A stretch of DNA of 64,000 nucleotides from Octopus sinensis (Eukaryota): assembly GCF_006345805.1 (NCBI RefSeq), contig NC_042999.1:150908001-150972000 (forward strand). The letters are read 5' to 3'. The first letter of the stretch is position 1, and each line of letters begins with the position of its first letter. The notes under the pieces were generated by a model that saw only the letters and a list, made by a program, of their open reading frames with translations, was not told the DNA's origin and ran no database searches. Made by a program: the position numbers and the translations under genes. Shown in pieces: positions 51,573 through 64,000 of the stretch.

Positions 51573-53921
51573 TAAAGGTGATGCCCTAGATACAAATAAT
51601 TACAGAGGTATCAAGCTGTTGGATCAAGTAATGAAGGTTACGGAGAGGGTCATAGCCCAACTAATTAGAGAGAGAGTTAGTTTAGATGAGATGCAGTTTG
51701 GGTTCGTGCAAGGGAAAAGTACCACGGATGCTATATTCCTGGTAAGGCAGCTGCAGGAGAAATACCTAGCCAAAGATAAGCCCCTGTACCTGGCTTTTGT
51801 TGACATGGAGAAAGCTTTTGATAGGGTCCCCCGATCCCTTATCTGGTGGTCAATGAGGAAACTAGGGATAGATGAATGGCTGGTGAGGACTGTGCAAGCC
51901 ATGTACAGAGATGCCGTAAGTAAGGTTAGGGTTAGCAACATGTACACAGAAGAATTCAAAGTAGAGGTTGGGGTCCACCAGGGTTCAGTACTCAGCCCCC
52001 TCCTATTTATCATAGTCCTACAGGCAATTACGGAGGAATTCAAGACAGGTTGTCCCTGGGAGCTCCTCTACGCTGACAACCTTGCTCTTATTGCTGAGTC
52101 ACTATCAGAGCTGGAGGAGAAGTTCCAGGTGTGGAAGGAGGGTTTAGAATCGAGGGGCCTTAGAGTCAACCTAGCTAAAACCAAAGTACTAATAAGTAGG
52201 AAGGTAGACAATCCACAAATGTCTTCAGGAAGATGGCCCTGCTCGATCTGTAGAAAAGGTGTAGGTAGAAACTCTATAAGATGTACCCAGTGTAAGCTAT
52301 GGACACATAAGAGGTGCAGCAATGTCAAAGGTAGGCTAACTGGGAAGATAGTTTTTGTATGTGGCAGATGCTCAGGAGCATTAACCTCCGAAAATCTGCA
52401 GAAAATAACTTCAGTCACTTTCCAAGGGGAAAAACTAGAAGTAGTTGATAGCTTCCGTTATCTAGGTGACCAAGTCAGTAGTGGGGGTGGGTGCGCTGAA
52501 AGTGTAACTGCTAGAATAAGAATAGCCTGGGCAAAGTTTAGGGAGCTCTTACCTCTGCTGGTGACTAAAGGCCTCTCGCTCAGAGTAAAAGGCAGACTGT
52601 ATGATGCGTGTGTACGAACAGCCATGCTACATGGCAGTGAAACATGGGCCGTGACTGCCGAGGATATGCGTAAGCTCGTGAGGAATGAAGCCAGTATGCT
52701 CCGATGGATGTGTAGTGTCAGTGTACATACTCGACAGAGCGTTAGCACCTTGCGAGAAATGTTGTACCTAAGAGACATCAGTTGTGGTGTGCAAGAGAGA
52801 CGATTGCGCTGGTATGGTCATGTGGCGAGAATGGATGAAGATAGGTGTGTGAGAAAGTGCCAATCCTTAGCAGTTGAGGGAACCCGTGGAAGAGGTAGAC
52901 CCAGGAAAACCTGGGACGAGGTGGTGAAGCATGACCTTCGAACTTTAGGCCTCACTGAGGAAATGACCAGCGACCGAGACCTTTGGAAATATTCTGTACG
53001 TGAGAAGACCAGGCAGGACAAGTGAGCCCAGCCCACTTATGAATGCCTTTCCTCCCTTGGACACAAAGACCTGTTGAGGCAAGCGAAGTCGATATAGAAC
53101 CTCATCCGACGACAGGCACCCATGCCAACCCCCCTTTGCTTGCGAAGACATGTTGGGGCAAGCGAAATCGAAATCGAAGACAAAATCGAATTGAACCAGC
53201 CAGGATCCCTGGTCTGGTGGTACGTAAAAAGCACTATCCGACTCGTGGCCGATGCCAGCGCCGCCTCGACTGGCTTCCGTGCCGGTGGCATGTAAAATAC
53301 ACCAATCTGACCATACGACAGGCACCCATGCCAACCCCCTTGCTTGCGAAGACATGTTGGGGCAAGCGAAATCGAATCGAACCAGCCAGGTTCCCTGGTC
53401 TGGTGGTACGTAAAAAGCACTATCCGACTCGTGGCCGATGCCAGTGCCGCCTCTGCTGGCTTCCGTGCCGGTGGCACGTAAAATACACCAATCTGACCGT
53501 ACAACAGGCACCCATGCCAACCCCCTTGCTTGCGAAGACATGTTGGGGCAAGCGAAATCGAAATCGAATTGAACCAGCCAGGATCCCTGGTCTGGTGGTA
53601 CGTAAAAAGCACCATCCGACTCGTGGCCGATGCCAGCACCGCCTCGTCTGGCTTCCGTGCCGGTGGCACATAAAATACACCAATCCGACCATGGCCGTTG
53701 CCAGCCTCGCCTGGCACCTGTGCAGGTGGCACGTAAAAAGCACCCACTACACTCACGGAGTGGTTGGCGTTAGGAAGGGCATCCAGCTGTAGAAACACTG
53801 CCAGATAAGACTGGAGCCTGGTGCAGCCTTCTGGCTTCCCAGATCCCCGGTCGAACCGTCCAACCCATGCTAGCATGGAGAACGGACGTTAAACGACGAC
53901 GATGATGATGATGATGATGAT
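51571..53921 (+). mobile_element. 5'-truncated young RTE LINE: uninterrupted 484-codon ORF2 part (51571-53025), 3' UTR with 3 tandem units, (GAT)n tail
   Basis: RT motifs NYRGIKLL, QFGF, FVDMEKAFD, GVHQGSVLSPLLF, YADN, FRYLG and the RTE C-terminal motifs HGSETW, RLRWYGHV and GRPRKTW. Begins right after (TA)n. Confidence 0.97.
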
Positions 53922-54110
53922 ATATATATGAATGTATTTTTTATAATTATGTATGTATGTATATATTTGTATTGATGTGTATACTTATGTCTATAAGTTT
54001 GTGTAAGGGCTTCATATTAATGTGTGTTTGAGTGTGTCCTTATTCTTATATGACTGTATTTGTTTGTGTGTGTGTACGTGTGTGTTTGTGTTGTGTTATT
54101 ATTGCAGTTT

Positions 54111-54440
54111 GTGGAGGCACAGTGGCCCAGTGGTTAGGGCAGCAGACTTGAAGTTGTAGGGTCACAGTTTCAATTCCTTGACTGGGCATTGTGAGTGCTT
54201 ATTGACCGTAAACACCTAAAGCTCCACAAGGTTCCAGTAGGGGGTGGTGGTGAACCCTGCTGTACTCTTTCACCACGACTTTCAGCTTTGTCACACTGTG
54301 TCACTTTGAATCTCCCCTGAGAACTACATTAATGGTACACATGTCTGTGGAGTACTCAGTCACTTGCACGTTAAGTTCACAAGCAAGCTATTCCATTGAT
54401 CGGATCAACTGGAACCCTTGTCGTAACCGATGGAGTGCCA
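54111..54440 (+). mobile_element. tRNA-headed SINE (family C-related variant); inverted partial copy at about 55570-55692
   Basis: TGGCCCAGTGGTTAGGG A-box and GTTTCAATTCC B-box. AAACACCTAAAGCTCCAC..GTACTC matches the reverse complement of 55620-55690. Confidence 0.7.
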
Positions 54441-55714
54441 CATTTTTTTTAATTGCAGTTTAAAGTGTGTGTGTGAGATGTTTTATTTTACTGTTATCTT
54501 TGTGTAAAAGTGTGTTTTTTACTGTAAATGTAGTTATGTATATCAATGTATATATATGTATATGTGTGTATATGTGTGAGTATGTATATGTGTTTGTATA
54601 TATATGTATATGTGTTTGTATATATATGTATGTGTGTGTGTGTATTTAAGTATAGTTTTAGCTCAACATAGTAATGTGTGTATGAAAGAGTGATTATATA
54701 TTTATATATAATTTAGTTTCTGTCTGAATGTGTGTAGACGTGAATGTGCACACACAAATATGTCCATGTGTATGTATATGTGTATGTGTGTGTGTTTGTG
54801 TGTGGTTTTTGTTTAATATAGTAATGTCTATAGGATAGAGACACTATGCTTATGTGTATAATTTAGTTCAGTCTGCATGTGTGTGAATGTGTGCATTTAA
54901 TGTGTGTGTGTGTTTTGGGGATTCTGGAAGTGTATCATTAATGGTGTCAGATGTCTCCACTAATTGTTGATATGAAAATTACCAAAGTTCTGTGAGGATA
55001 ATTTACCCAGCAATAACGAGTCTCCTTTGTTCCTGCCCCATGCTTCACACCAGCCGCTAAAGATGTCCAAACTTACTCGATTATTCTGCCAGTGTGGCAA
55101 CTAATCACCTCATGAACTACCCTTTATACAGACAGAACAACATCCCATACACTATGCCATAACCCCAAACAGGTGCAGAATAGAGTGGTAGAGCATTATA
55201 TCATATGTCTAAAGGTTTTGGGTTCATATCCACTGCATGTGTTTTATGGTGTGTTTGGTTTGTATACTGAATAATAATAATATGTGTTGTGGTCTTCTTC
55301 TTCGAATCAGGACTCACACCATTAGCCACAAAGAATAGTCTCTAATTCGAGCCTACTCTAAACTACTAAGAATGCGTGTGGCAACTTGAAGATCCACCCA
55401 CCACACGCGATAGACTGGTGGTTGCATGGGCGTGAAAGCTACGTTGTTATCCTCAGTCCATAAACAGTGGCTTTTAACAGGTGGAGAGCTGAACCATCCT
55501 GGGGTACAGAGGATTTGCAATCTAGACTAGGGTCTGAAAGTTTACCACACCATAGTGGGTTACACCATGGTTCCTCTGCTTTGTGGCAGAAGTAGGAAGA
55601 AAGAGTGAGAGAAAGTAATGGTGAAGGAGTACGCGGGGTTTACCCTCCTCCCCACCGGAGCCTCGTGGAGCTTAGGTGTTTTTGCTCAATAAACTGTACT
55701 ATTATTATTATCAT

Positions 55715-56176
55715 CATCATGTTGTGGACTGAATACATTGTAACTACTGGGGGTTTGTACAGTTTGTCAAGTCACAACTAGGACCCCAGACAGACTGTAC
55801 TTTATGCAATATGTGTGCAGTTCCAAGTAATGCTGATTTTTACAATACACCAAGGTTGTATGATATTTCTAAAGTTTCCAGATGGTTCTTCAGGTTGGGT
55901 GGTATTGAACCCAATTCTCTGATGACAACAGGGACTGCCTTTATGTTTGACTCTTATAGCTGCCACACATCTTAGCGATCTCAATTCTCAGGTCTCCATA
56001 TTTATCAACCTTCAACCTTATCAACCATTTCTCTCTTTCTTTCATGATGACATGTTGATCTCCTGGCACTGCCACATTGATTATTAGGTACTCTTGTTTG
56101 TCCGTCCTGAATGTTACTATATCTGGCCTTCAGTGCTCTAACACCTTGTCTGTCTTGAAGTCAAAGTCCCAGAGGA
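55715..56176 (-). mobile_element. R4/Dong-like non-LTR retrotransposon 3' end (restriction-like endonuclease), flanked by (AAT)n
   Basis: LWDFDFKTDKVLEH*RPDIV...YLIINVAVPGDQHVIMKEREK..KYGDLRIEIAKM...VPVVIRELGSIP...LQKSALLGTAHILHKV has the PD-(D/E)xK-type layout of R4-clade ends. Confidence 0.8.
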
Positions 56177-56214
56177 TTTATTATTATTATCATTATTATT
56201 ATTATTATTATTAT

Positions 56215-56745
56215 TACCTTGCTTGAGAAGACCCGGCAAGCCAAATGAGACCATAATCGTGGCCTATGCCAGTGCAGCATAACCAGCCCATTTAAGAGTA
56301 CCCTTCAATCATTGGGCAATAAACTACGCTTGCAAAGACCTGTTGAGGCAAGTGAAGTCGTCGTTGTGGCTGATGACAGTACTGACTGATTGGCACCCAT
56401 GCCGATGGCACATAATAAGCACCATTTGAGCATTGTCGATGCCAGTGCTGCCTGATTGGTCCTTTGCTGGTGGCATGTAAAAAGCACCATTCGAGTGTGG
56501 TCATTGCCAGTGCCTCCTGACTGGCTCCCATGCTGGTGGCATGTAAAAAGCACAATTCAACATGATCGATGCCAGTACTGCCTGACTGGCCCTCATGCCA
56601 GTGGCAGGTAAAAAGCACCCACTACCCTCTGAGTGGTTGGCTTTAGGAAGGGCATCCAGATTGGATTGGAGCCTGGTGCAGCCTCCTGGCTTGTCAGCCC
56701 TCAGTCAAACTGTCCAACCCATGCCAGCATGGAAAGCAATGACAA
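56215..56745 (+). mobile_element. Family D RTE-tail element with diverged sub-repeats
   Basis: GTGGCATGTAAAAAGCACC repeats and a 3' CCATGCCAGCATGGAAAG end. Confidence 0.8.
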
Positions 56746-57112
56746 TGACGATGATTATTATTAAGGTGAGCTGGCAAAAACTTTGTCATGCCAGGCAAAA
56801 TGCTGAGTGGCATTTCATCTGACTTTAGATTCCGGGTTCAAATGCCACTGAGGTCAACACTGCCTTTCATTCTTTCGGAGTCTATAAAGTAAGCGTTAGT
56901 GGTACACGTGTTGATGTAATCAACTTTCCCCGCAAAATTGCTGGCCTTGTATCAAAATTAGAAAGAATTATAATTTGCTGAACCCCGAGATCACCCCTGT
57001 CTAAGCAGACCTATGATCAATGCTGCTCTACCCCACATTTTTCCAGAGAATACAGTGCATCTAAGACTGCTTTAACCAGTGTGTCCTTCCCTTTTTAAGA
57101 CTTGAGAGATAT

Positions 57113-57797
57113 TTGACTACTAATTTCAGCAAGCCAATTGGCTTGACTGAATATATAAACAAGTGCTTGTCCAACAGTGATTGCATCATCCATACTCTCA
57201 ACAATGTGCCCTTAAATATGGTTTCTGATTACAAATATATGACCCAAGGGTCATACATATCATCTGGAAAAGATTTTCTAACTAGAAAGGGTATGGCCTG
57301 GTCAGCCTGTAATGACATGCATAAGATCTGGTCATCAAATCTAAGTAGAGACTTCAAACTTGAAATCTTCAAAGCCACAGTCGAACCAATTCTACTATAT
57401 GGCTCAGAAACCTGGACGTTATCAAAGAAGCTTGAGAGGCGGTTGGATGGAACCTACACTCGCCTCCTTATGAGAGCTCAAAATCTCTCGTGGAAGCGCC
57501 ATCCAACCAAAATGCAAATATATGGGAAACTACCACCTGTGTCATCTCTTGTGAAAGATAGGAGAGTCCAGTTTACTGGACATTGTTGTAGAGCTGAAAA
57601 AGAGGTAATTTCTACTCTTCTCCTCTGGAAGCCATCTACTCACAATACCAGAGGGCGCACACTCTCCTACCCTGATGTAATCTCCAGGGATACAGGCATC
57701 CAGCAACAGGACCTCCGTAATGCCATGATGGACCGTGAAGTCTGGCGTAGCATGGTAAATTCCATTGTTTCGACCACGGTCGAACAATGATGATGAT
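57113..57797 (+). mobile_element. 5'-truncated RTE-like (RTE-X-like) LINE, ORF2 C-terminus with (ATG)n tail
   Basis: KLEIFKATVEPILLYGSETWTLSKKLERRLDGTYTRLLMRA...RRVQFTGHCCR...AMMDREVWRS, with TGATGATGATG directly at the stop. Confidence 0.9.
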
Positions 57798-58374
57798 GGC
57801 TTCATTCAAGTTGTCTCTCCATAGTTAAGAATTTATATTTAATATCACATGGTTGGTGTTTATCTATCCGTGTCAGTGTTTGATTAATAACATAGTAGTG
57901 AGGTGTCTGTATGGATGGTTGACTGACACATTCAAAGGTTACCTATAAACTTAATACCATGGATAATTGACCGTATGCTTATTGACCCAGTGTCTATGCC
58001 AGCCTAGTATTTTCACACCAGCTAAACTTCTCATCAATTATTCAGGATATTCTGATGATTTATCACTCAGCTATCAATCATCACTCTTTTATTGCTACAA
58101 ATTTTATAGGGAGACTCAAGCCAGTAAGGTCTTGAATGTGGCCTCTACTCTTTACTTTTTTACTTGTTTCAATCATTTGACTGTGGCCATGCTGGAGCAC
58201 TGCCTTTAGTCGAGCAAACTGACCCCAGGACTTACTCTTTGTAAGCCTAGTACTTATTCTATCAGTCTCTTTTGCCGAACCACTAAGTTACGGCGGTGTA
58301 AACACACCAGCATCGGTTGTCAAGCGATGTTGGAGGGACAAACACAGACACACAAACATATACACACACGTACA

Positions 58375-58411
<37 letters not shown>

Positions 58412-58693
58412 GATGGGCTTCTTTCAGTTTCTGTCTATCAAATCCACTCACAAGGCTGTGGTTGGCCAAAGGCCATAGTAGAAGACACTTGCCCAAGGTG
58501 CCATGAACTCGGAACCATGTGGTTGGTAAGCAAGCTACTTACCACACAGCCACTTTCTTTCTAATAACTAGGGATATATATTAATTCTCCTTCATTCATT
58601 CTGCTATTTCCCTATATACTCCTTATTTGGTTCCTTTTCCAAAATAACTCCTTATATTGAACTCTGATATTTCCTTCTATTTAACCATCTCAC

Positions 58694-58735
58694 ATCATCA
58701 CTGATGAAGGGATATTCCAGAAACAGCTGTAAGAC
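58694..58735 (+). ncRNA. Minimal hammerhead-like motif (stem I disrupted)
   Basis: CTGATGA-A-GGG-ATAT-TCC-A-GAA-ACAGCTGT-A, with a palindromic stem III and GUA triplet. Stem I has only 2 of 4 pairs. Confidence 0.45.
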
Positions 58736-59003
58736 TAACTTTCTCTTTATAAATGTCATGAAAATTCCACACAGACTCTCTGTTGTCTTATTTTATTTAA
58801 TGTATTCATATATATGTGTGTGTGTGTGTATATATATGTATGTGTGTTTGTGTATGCACGTGTGCTTTGTAGTTCAGAAATTTGCTTCTTAGTCCCAGTG
58901 TTTCAGGGTCAAACCCCCGGAATGGCATCTTGAGCAAATCTCCTTCGGCTGACTTCAGCTTTATGAGTGGACATAGTTGGTGGAAACTGAAATAACCCTA
59001 GAA

Positions 59004-59036
<33 letters not shown>

Positions 59037-59042
59037 GTGTGT

Positions 59043-59099
<57 letters not shown>

Positions 59100-59402
59100 T
59101 GTGTGTATGGTGTGTGTGTCTGGAGACACATGTTTATGTATATATTCTTTTATTCTTTTACTTGTTTTAGTCATGTGACTGTGGCTATGCTGAAACAGCA
59201 CCTATAGTTGAGCAAATCGACCCTAGGACTTATACTTTGTAAGCCTAGTACTTATTCTATCAGTATCTTTTGCTGAACCGCTAAGTTATGGGGACATAAA
59301 TGCTCCAGCATCAGTTGTCAAGTGATGGTGGTGGGGACAAACACAGACACACAAACATATGCACACACATACATAATACATGTATATACATATATACACA
59401 CG

Positions 59403-59444
<42 letters not shown>

Positions 59445-59859
59445 TAGTAATGGTAAGACAACAAAAGAATGAAAGAGACCTCAATATTATGTAAATAGAG
59501 GAATTTATTTGTAATATAATATGTGGCAACCGAATAATTGTCACATATATTACAAATATATATATGACGGGTTTCTTTCAGTTTCCATCTAACAAATCCA
59601 GTCACAAGACTTTGGTTGGCCTGAGACTATAGTAGACACTTGTCCAAGGTGCCACACCCGGAACCATGTGGTTGGTAAGCAAGCTACTTACCACACAGTC
59701 GCACCTGTGCCTTATGAATATACATTTATATGTTTATGGTTGTGGTTTTGTATAACTATGTCTAGCCATGTGACACACCTTGCTTGCAAACAAGCGAAGG
59801 CTGATTGTGCAAAGACATCTGACAGTAGAAAATCTGTGTCATTGAATTTCATTTGGCCC

Positions 59860-60250
59860 ATGAAAGCATGGAAATGTATACGTATTTGGAAGATCTTGGA
59901 GGGTTTAGCTCCCAATTTTGGAATTGACAGCTTTATTAATTCTCGAACTGGACAGCACTGCATCATACAAAAGATCCCGATTTCTTCATCTAAAATAAGG
60001 ACACAGTACTGCAATAGTCTGGGTTTCAAGGGCCTGCTGTTGTTCAACACCCTTCTCAGGCATCCTTAGAGATCTATATGGTGTTGATGTGGAAGTTTTC
60101 AAGGAACATCTGGACAAGTTTCTGTCTAAGATACCAGATGAACCCACATCTGCAGGAGACGCAAAGAGGAGCAGCTCCTATTGGAAATAATACCAAGTAA
60201 CTACAGGTGTTGCACCAGCATGACCTCAGCCCTGGGCTGAAATTGAAACC
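59860..60250 (+). mobile_element. CR1-like LINE 3' remnant
   Basis: IWKILEGLAPNFGI...NSLGFKGLLLFNTL...RDLYGVDVEVFKEHLDKFLSKIPDEP. Confidence 0.8.
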
Positions 60251-60289
60251 AGTAAATGATGTATATAATGGTCATTTACCAAATAAATT

Positions 60290-60425
60290 AGAAAGAAAGA
60301 AAGGAAGGAAGGAAGAGCAAGAAGGAGAAAGAAAGAGAGAAAGAAAGGAAGAGCGAGAGAGAGAAAGAAAGAAAGAGAGAGAGAGAGAAAGAAAGAGAGA
60401 GTGAGAGAGAGAGAGAGAGAGAGAG
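60290..60425. repeat. Purine (GA/GAAA) microsatellite
   Basis: Direct reading. Confidence 0.95.
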
Positions 60426-61519
60426 ATCCCTAGGAAGCTAGATATTATCTCTCGAAAAGCAATTAATAACAAAACAGAATGTTTTGTTAAGTGATATTCA
60501 ATAGATGTCACAAAGGGTCATAATTTTTATTGCCCTTTCTCTTGTTGCTGGGTTTATTTCAAAATCCAGGAGTGTTTTGTAGTTTCAATGACTTTTGTTG
60601 CTATGTGGAGTAGAAGAAAAAAGGAAAAAAGATCTGACTGTTCTTTCACTAAAGGTGGTCCAATATGTTTTTATAGTTATATTGCTGGTGGTTATGGTGG
60701 TTATATTATTCTATTATATTTATTCTGTAATGTTTAACACTGGGATAAAAGCAATTAACTTTTATATACACATGCTGCCGTTTATGTTTGTTCATGAAAC
60801 TGTTGACTATAGAATAAAACTGAAGACTTAATTCATCATATATACAACATTTATATTTGAGGTTAACACATAGCAGATATTGTTGTATCGTGGGAGGATC
60901 ATTTTGTCAATAATAATAACAAATGTGCTGGTTCAATATCACTTCATTATTGTTCGTCAAATGGTTAAATATCTAACCAACTAGGTGTTTGTTAGTCAAA
61001 GTTCTTTTGTTGCTATTCATGATCTTGAAGAGAGAGAGGGCAAGTCATTGAAGAGGCCGTGGATAGAATCAAAATGACTTTGACACAAACGACCGATTGA
61101 TTGTTTATGCAGCAAATTAAACAAATGACCAGTCAGTCAGTTGGTTAGATGTTTAACCAGTTGACTCATAATAAAGGAGTGATATTAAACCAGTGTATGT
61201 GTTTAATGTTATTGGTGTAATGACCCTCCCAAGAAACAAAAAATGGTCTCAGCATACAAATTCACACCAAGTATCTTGCAAACCAAATACAAAAACAAAA
61301 TATAAAAACAACAAAATTCAAAAGGTGAATAAGTTCAGCAGAATTGTTAGCACATTGGACAAGATTTCTTCTGACTTTTTATGTTCTGAGTTCAAATCCC
61401 AGAGCCTGAACTTTTGAGTTGATAAAATAAAGTACCAATTAAGTGCCACAGTTAACGTGATTGATTTGTTCCCTTGTCTTAAAATTGCTGGTCCTGGACC
61501 CTGCATTGGACTAGTGTCC

Positions 61520-61960
61520 AGTCATCATCATCATCACCAACATTGTTTAACGTCCTCTTTCCGTGCTGGCACGGGTTGGATGGTTTAACTGAGGATTGGC
61601 AAGCCAGGAGGCTGCACCAGGCTCCAATCTGATCTGGCAAGGTTTCTACAGCTAGATGCCCTTCCTAACGCCAACCACTCCAAGAGTGTTGTGGGTGATT
61701 TTTATGTGCCACCAGCATGGGGGCCAATCAGGTGGCACTGGCATCAACTATGCTCAAATAATGCTTTTTACATGCCGCTGGCACTGGCCACATTTGAATG
61801 GTGCCAGTCTGGCAGTACTGGCTTCCAACACGACAACGATTTCACTTGACTCAACAGGTCTTCACAAGCACATCACATTGCCCAATGATTGAAGCAGACT
61901 TTTAAAGAGGCCGGTTTTGTGATACTGGCATTGGCCATGATCTCATTTGGCTGAGGTAAT
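61520..61960 (-). mobile_element. Family D RTE-tail element
   Basis: CATCATCATC..GTTTAACGTCCTCTTTCCGTGCTGGCACGGGTTGGA start. Confidence 0.8.
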
Positions 61961-63396
61961 ATTGTGATTGCCATCACTTATGTCATGGAACTCTGGTAAC
62001 TGACCATGTGAGTCCTATGACCAGAGAAACAACAACAGCAATAACAGCAAAAATATTTAAGGCTAAGTTTGTACAAATGTGAATACAATCCAAATTGATA
62101 TAAAGGAGTGCAAACTAGTTATAAAGACAAGTTACACTTGACTTTATATTTCAGTGTTAATGAAGATGGCCTCGTTATGAAACTGAAGGCAATGAAGAGA
62201 TTTTGGACAAAGAATTAGATCCAGTGGTTGGTTGTTTGTGACTGAGGGTTTTGGCGATTGCATAAGAAGATGGAATTTTTTATTTTTATTTAATTTATTT
62301 ACCATTCCACAGTTCTTCATTTTTAACCTTGCCTACAATGTTCTGCATAGTGGTTGTGGTGGTGGGGTAAGGATGATAACAGTGGTGGCCGTAGGGGTTG
62401 TTTGAGGATGGTGATGGTGGTGGTGGTGGACTAAGCTGCTACTGTCACTGTACCACCGCTGCCGTTGCCGCCATCATCAACACCATCACCACCACCACCA
62501 CCACCACCACCATCATCATCGTCACCACCATCGCCATCAACACCTGAAAACATGATATTGTTTTTGCTGTCTTCAATGAGATTGTTTAAGCAAACAAACA
62601 AAATAAACAAATACATAAATATACAGAAAGTGTGTGTGTTTGTTTGTGTGTGTGTGGAATGGGGTAGATGAACTAAATGAGAAGGGGAGAAAGCCTTGGT
62701 ATTTGTGGTTGTCCTGTTTATGTAACTATCTGACTGATCAACCTTATTTCTGATTTTGTTTACTCAGCTTTCCACAGGGATCTTTCCATGGTTTAATGAT
62801 GGTGGTGCGATGGTGGTGGTGTTGTTGTTGTTGGTGGTGGTGGTGATGATGTTGGAAATGTTGATGATGATGATGATGATGATGATGTTGGTGATAGTGG
62901 TGGTGGTTGCCTTTTTTTTTCTGTGCTTTTTCTAAAACATTTGTTGTATTGGCTCTTGTAAATACATTTGTAAGATCTTGTTATTTCTGGGCGGGTGTTT
63001 GATTTCTCCATGTGTGTGTGTGTATGTGGTTAGGGTCAGTAGTCAAGCAGTCAAGGGGTGGTGGCATCATCTAGATCAAATTACCAGCCACAGTTGTTGC
63101 AAAGGGTTCAAATTAAAACGGCTCACTACAACACCTGTCTGTCACTTTATCAGGACAAAATCTCCATAAGCTTGTTTGGCAAATCAGAAAGAAAAGATTT
63201 TTAAAAAGTAAAGTAAAATAAAACTGAGAACTTATTCAAATTAATTTTGCTGTTCAACTGTCATGGCTATGTGATAAGAAGTTAGCTTCCCAGCCACAGT
63301 GAAACCTTAGGCAATGGTCTTCTACTATAATCCCAGGCCAATCAAAGCCTTGTGAGTGGATTTGAGTGATGGAAACTGAAAGAAGCCCATTGTATG

Positions 63397-63453
<57 letters not shown>

Positions 63454-63698
63454 CCCATCCACACATGCAAGCGCACACACACACACACACACCCATCACA
63501 CACCCATCACACACTTTCTGTATATTTTGTCATTGTATTCACTGCGGTGTTTATTTTGACCATATCACACGGGCAGCTGTTAAGCGTGCATTTTAAGCTG
63601 GTCGTGTGCATACATGCATATATATGTATGTATGGGCATTCGTGTATGTAAGTATAACATATGTTCCATATATATATATATCTGTATTTATGTGCTTA

Positions 63699-63773
63699 TC
63701 TGGTATATTCAACTGATGAAGGCAGAGCTTCTCCTATGCAAAGTCAGAAATCCAGGATCTTGAATTATCCAGA
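63699..63773 (+). ncRNA. Type I hammerhead ribozyme, near-canonical
   Basis: CTGATGA (63713-19), GAAA (63747-50), stem III ATCC-A-GGAT, triplet AUC (cut after 63759), stem I ATTCAA/TTGAAT plus TCTGG/CCAGA. The base of stem II is an A.A mismatch. Confidence 0.6.
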
Positions 63774-63895
63774 AAAATCTTTTTGTAGTTTATTTTGTCT
63801 ATCTCTCCTAGTGCTATATGAACATTTGATGTGGCCTTAGGGTCAGGGTTTTGACTGCTTTTCAGCATCGTGGTATTTCTCAGATACCCTAATTT

Positions 63896-63958
<63 letters not shown>

Positions 63959-64000
63959 GTATGTTAATTGATGATGATGATGATAATAAAAATAAATGAG

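Noticed and set aside
53037-53876. 279-aa and 249-aa ORFs over the RTE 3' UTR
   Set aside because: They are products of GC-rich tandem units, have no recognisable domains, and are not kept at this length in the sister copy.
62145-62226. Exon-like segment with a strong acceptor and the peptide PRYETEGNEEILDKELDPV
   Set aside because: All three frames contain stops between the acceptor and the donor, so it cannot be supported as an internal coding exon.

Overview
AT-rich, microsatellite-dense animal nuclear DNA. The repeat families point to a coleoid cephalopod, probably Octopus (inference from tRNA-derived SINE types and RTE tails; no search was run). No complete host gene is visible. Most of the window is mobile DNA: tRNA-derived SINEs, two near-identical young RTE LINE copies (the longer has an RT with YADD changed to YADN and an embedded C4HC3 finger), remnants of RTE-X-like, BovB-like, CR1-like, R4/Dong-like and Penelope-like retroelements, an internally deleted L1/Tx1 element, TTAA-flanked piggyBac-type MITEs and two Helentron/Helitron-like elements. 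The only identifiable host coding sequence is one IDH3A (NAD-isocitrate dehydrogenase alpha)-like exon at 44026-44178, which has a frameshifting deletion of about 20 nt. A few unidentified candidate exons occur on both strands. The most interesting signal is a set of hammerhead-ribozyme motifs: one fully canonical type I at 32339-32419, one near-canonical at 63699-63773, and several minimal or degenerate ones. Three of them sit in short non-coding elements inserted in or beside (TA)n that share a loosely conserved 3' motif, suggesting a retrozyme- or Penelope-like non-autonomous family. Nearly all ORFs in the supplied track are microsatellite read-through. Repeat boundaries are approximate unless a TSD or TIR is quoted.
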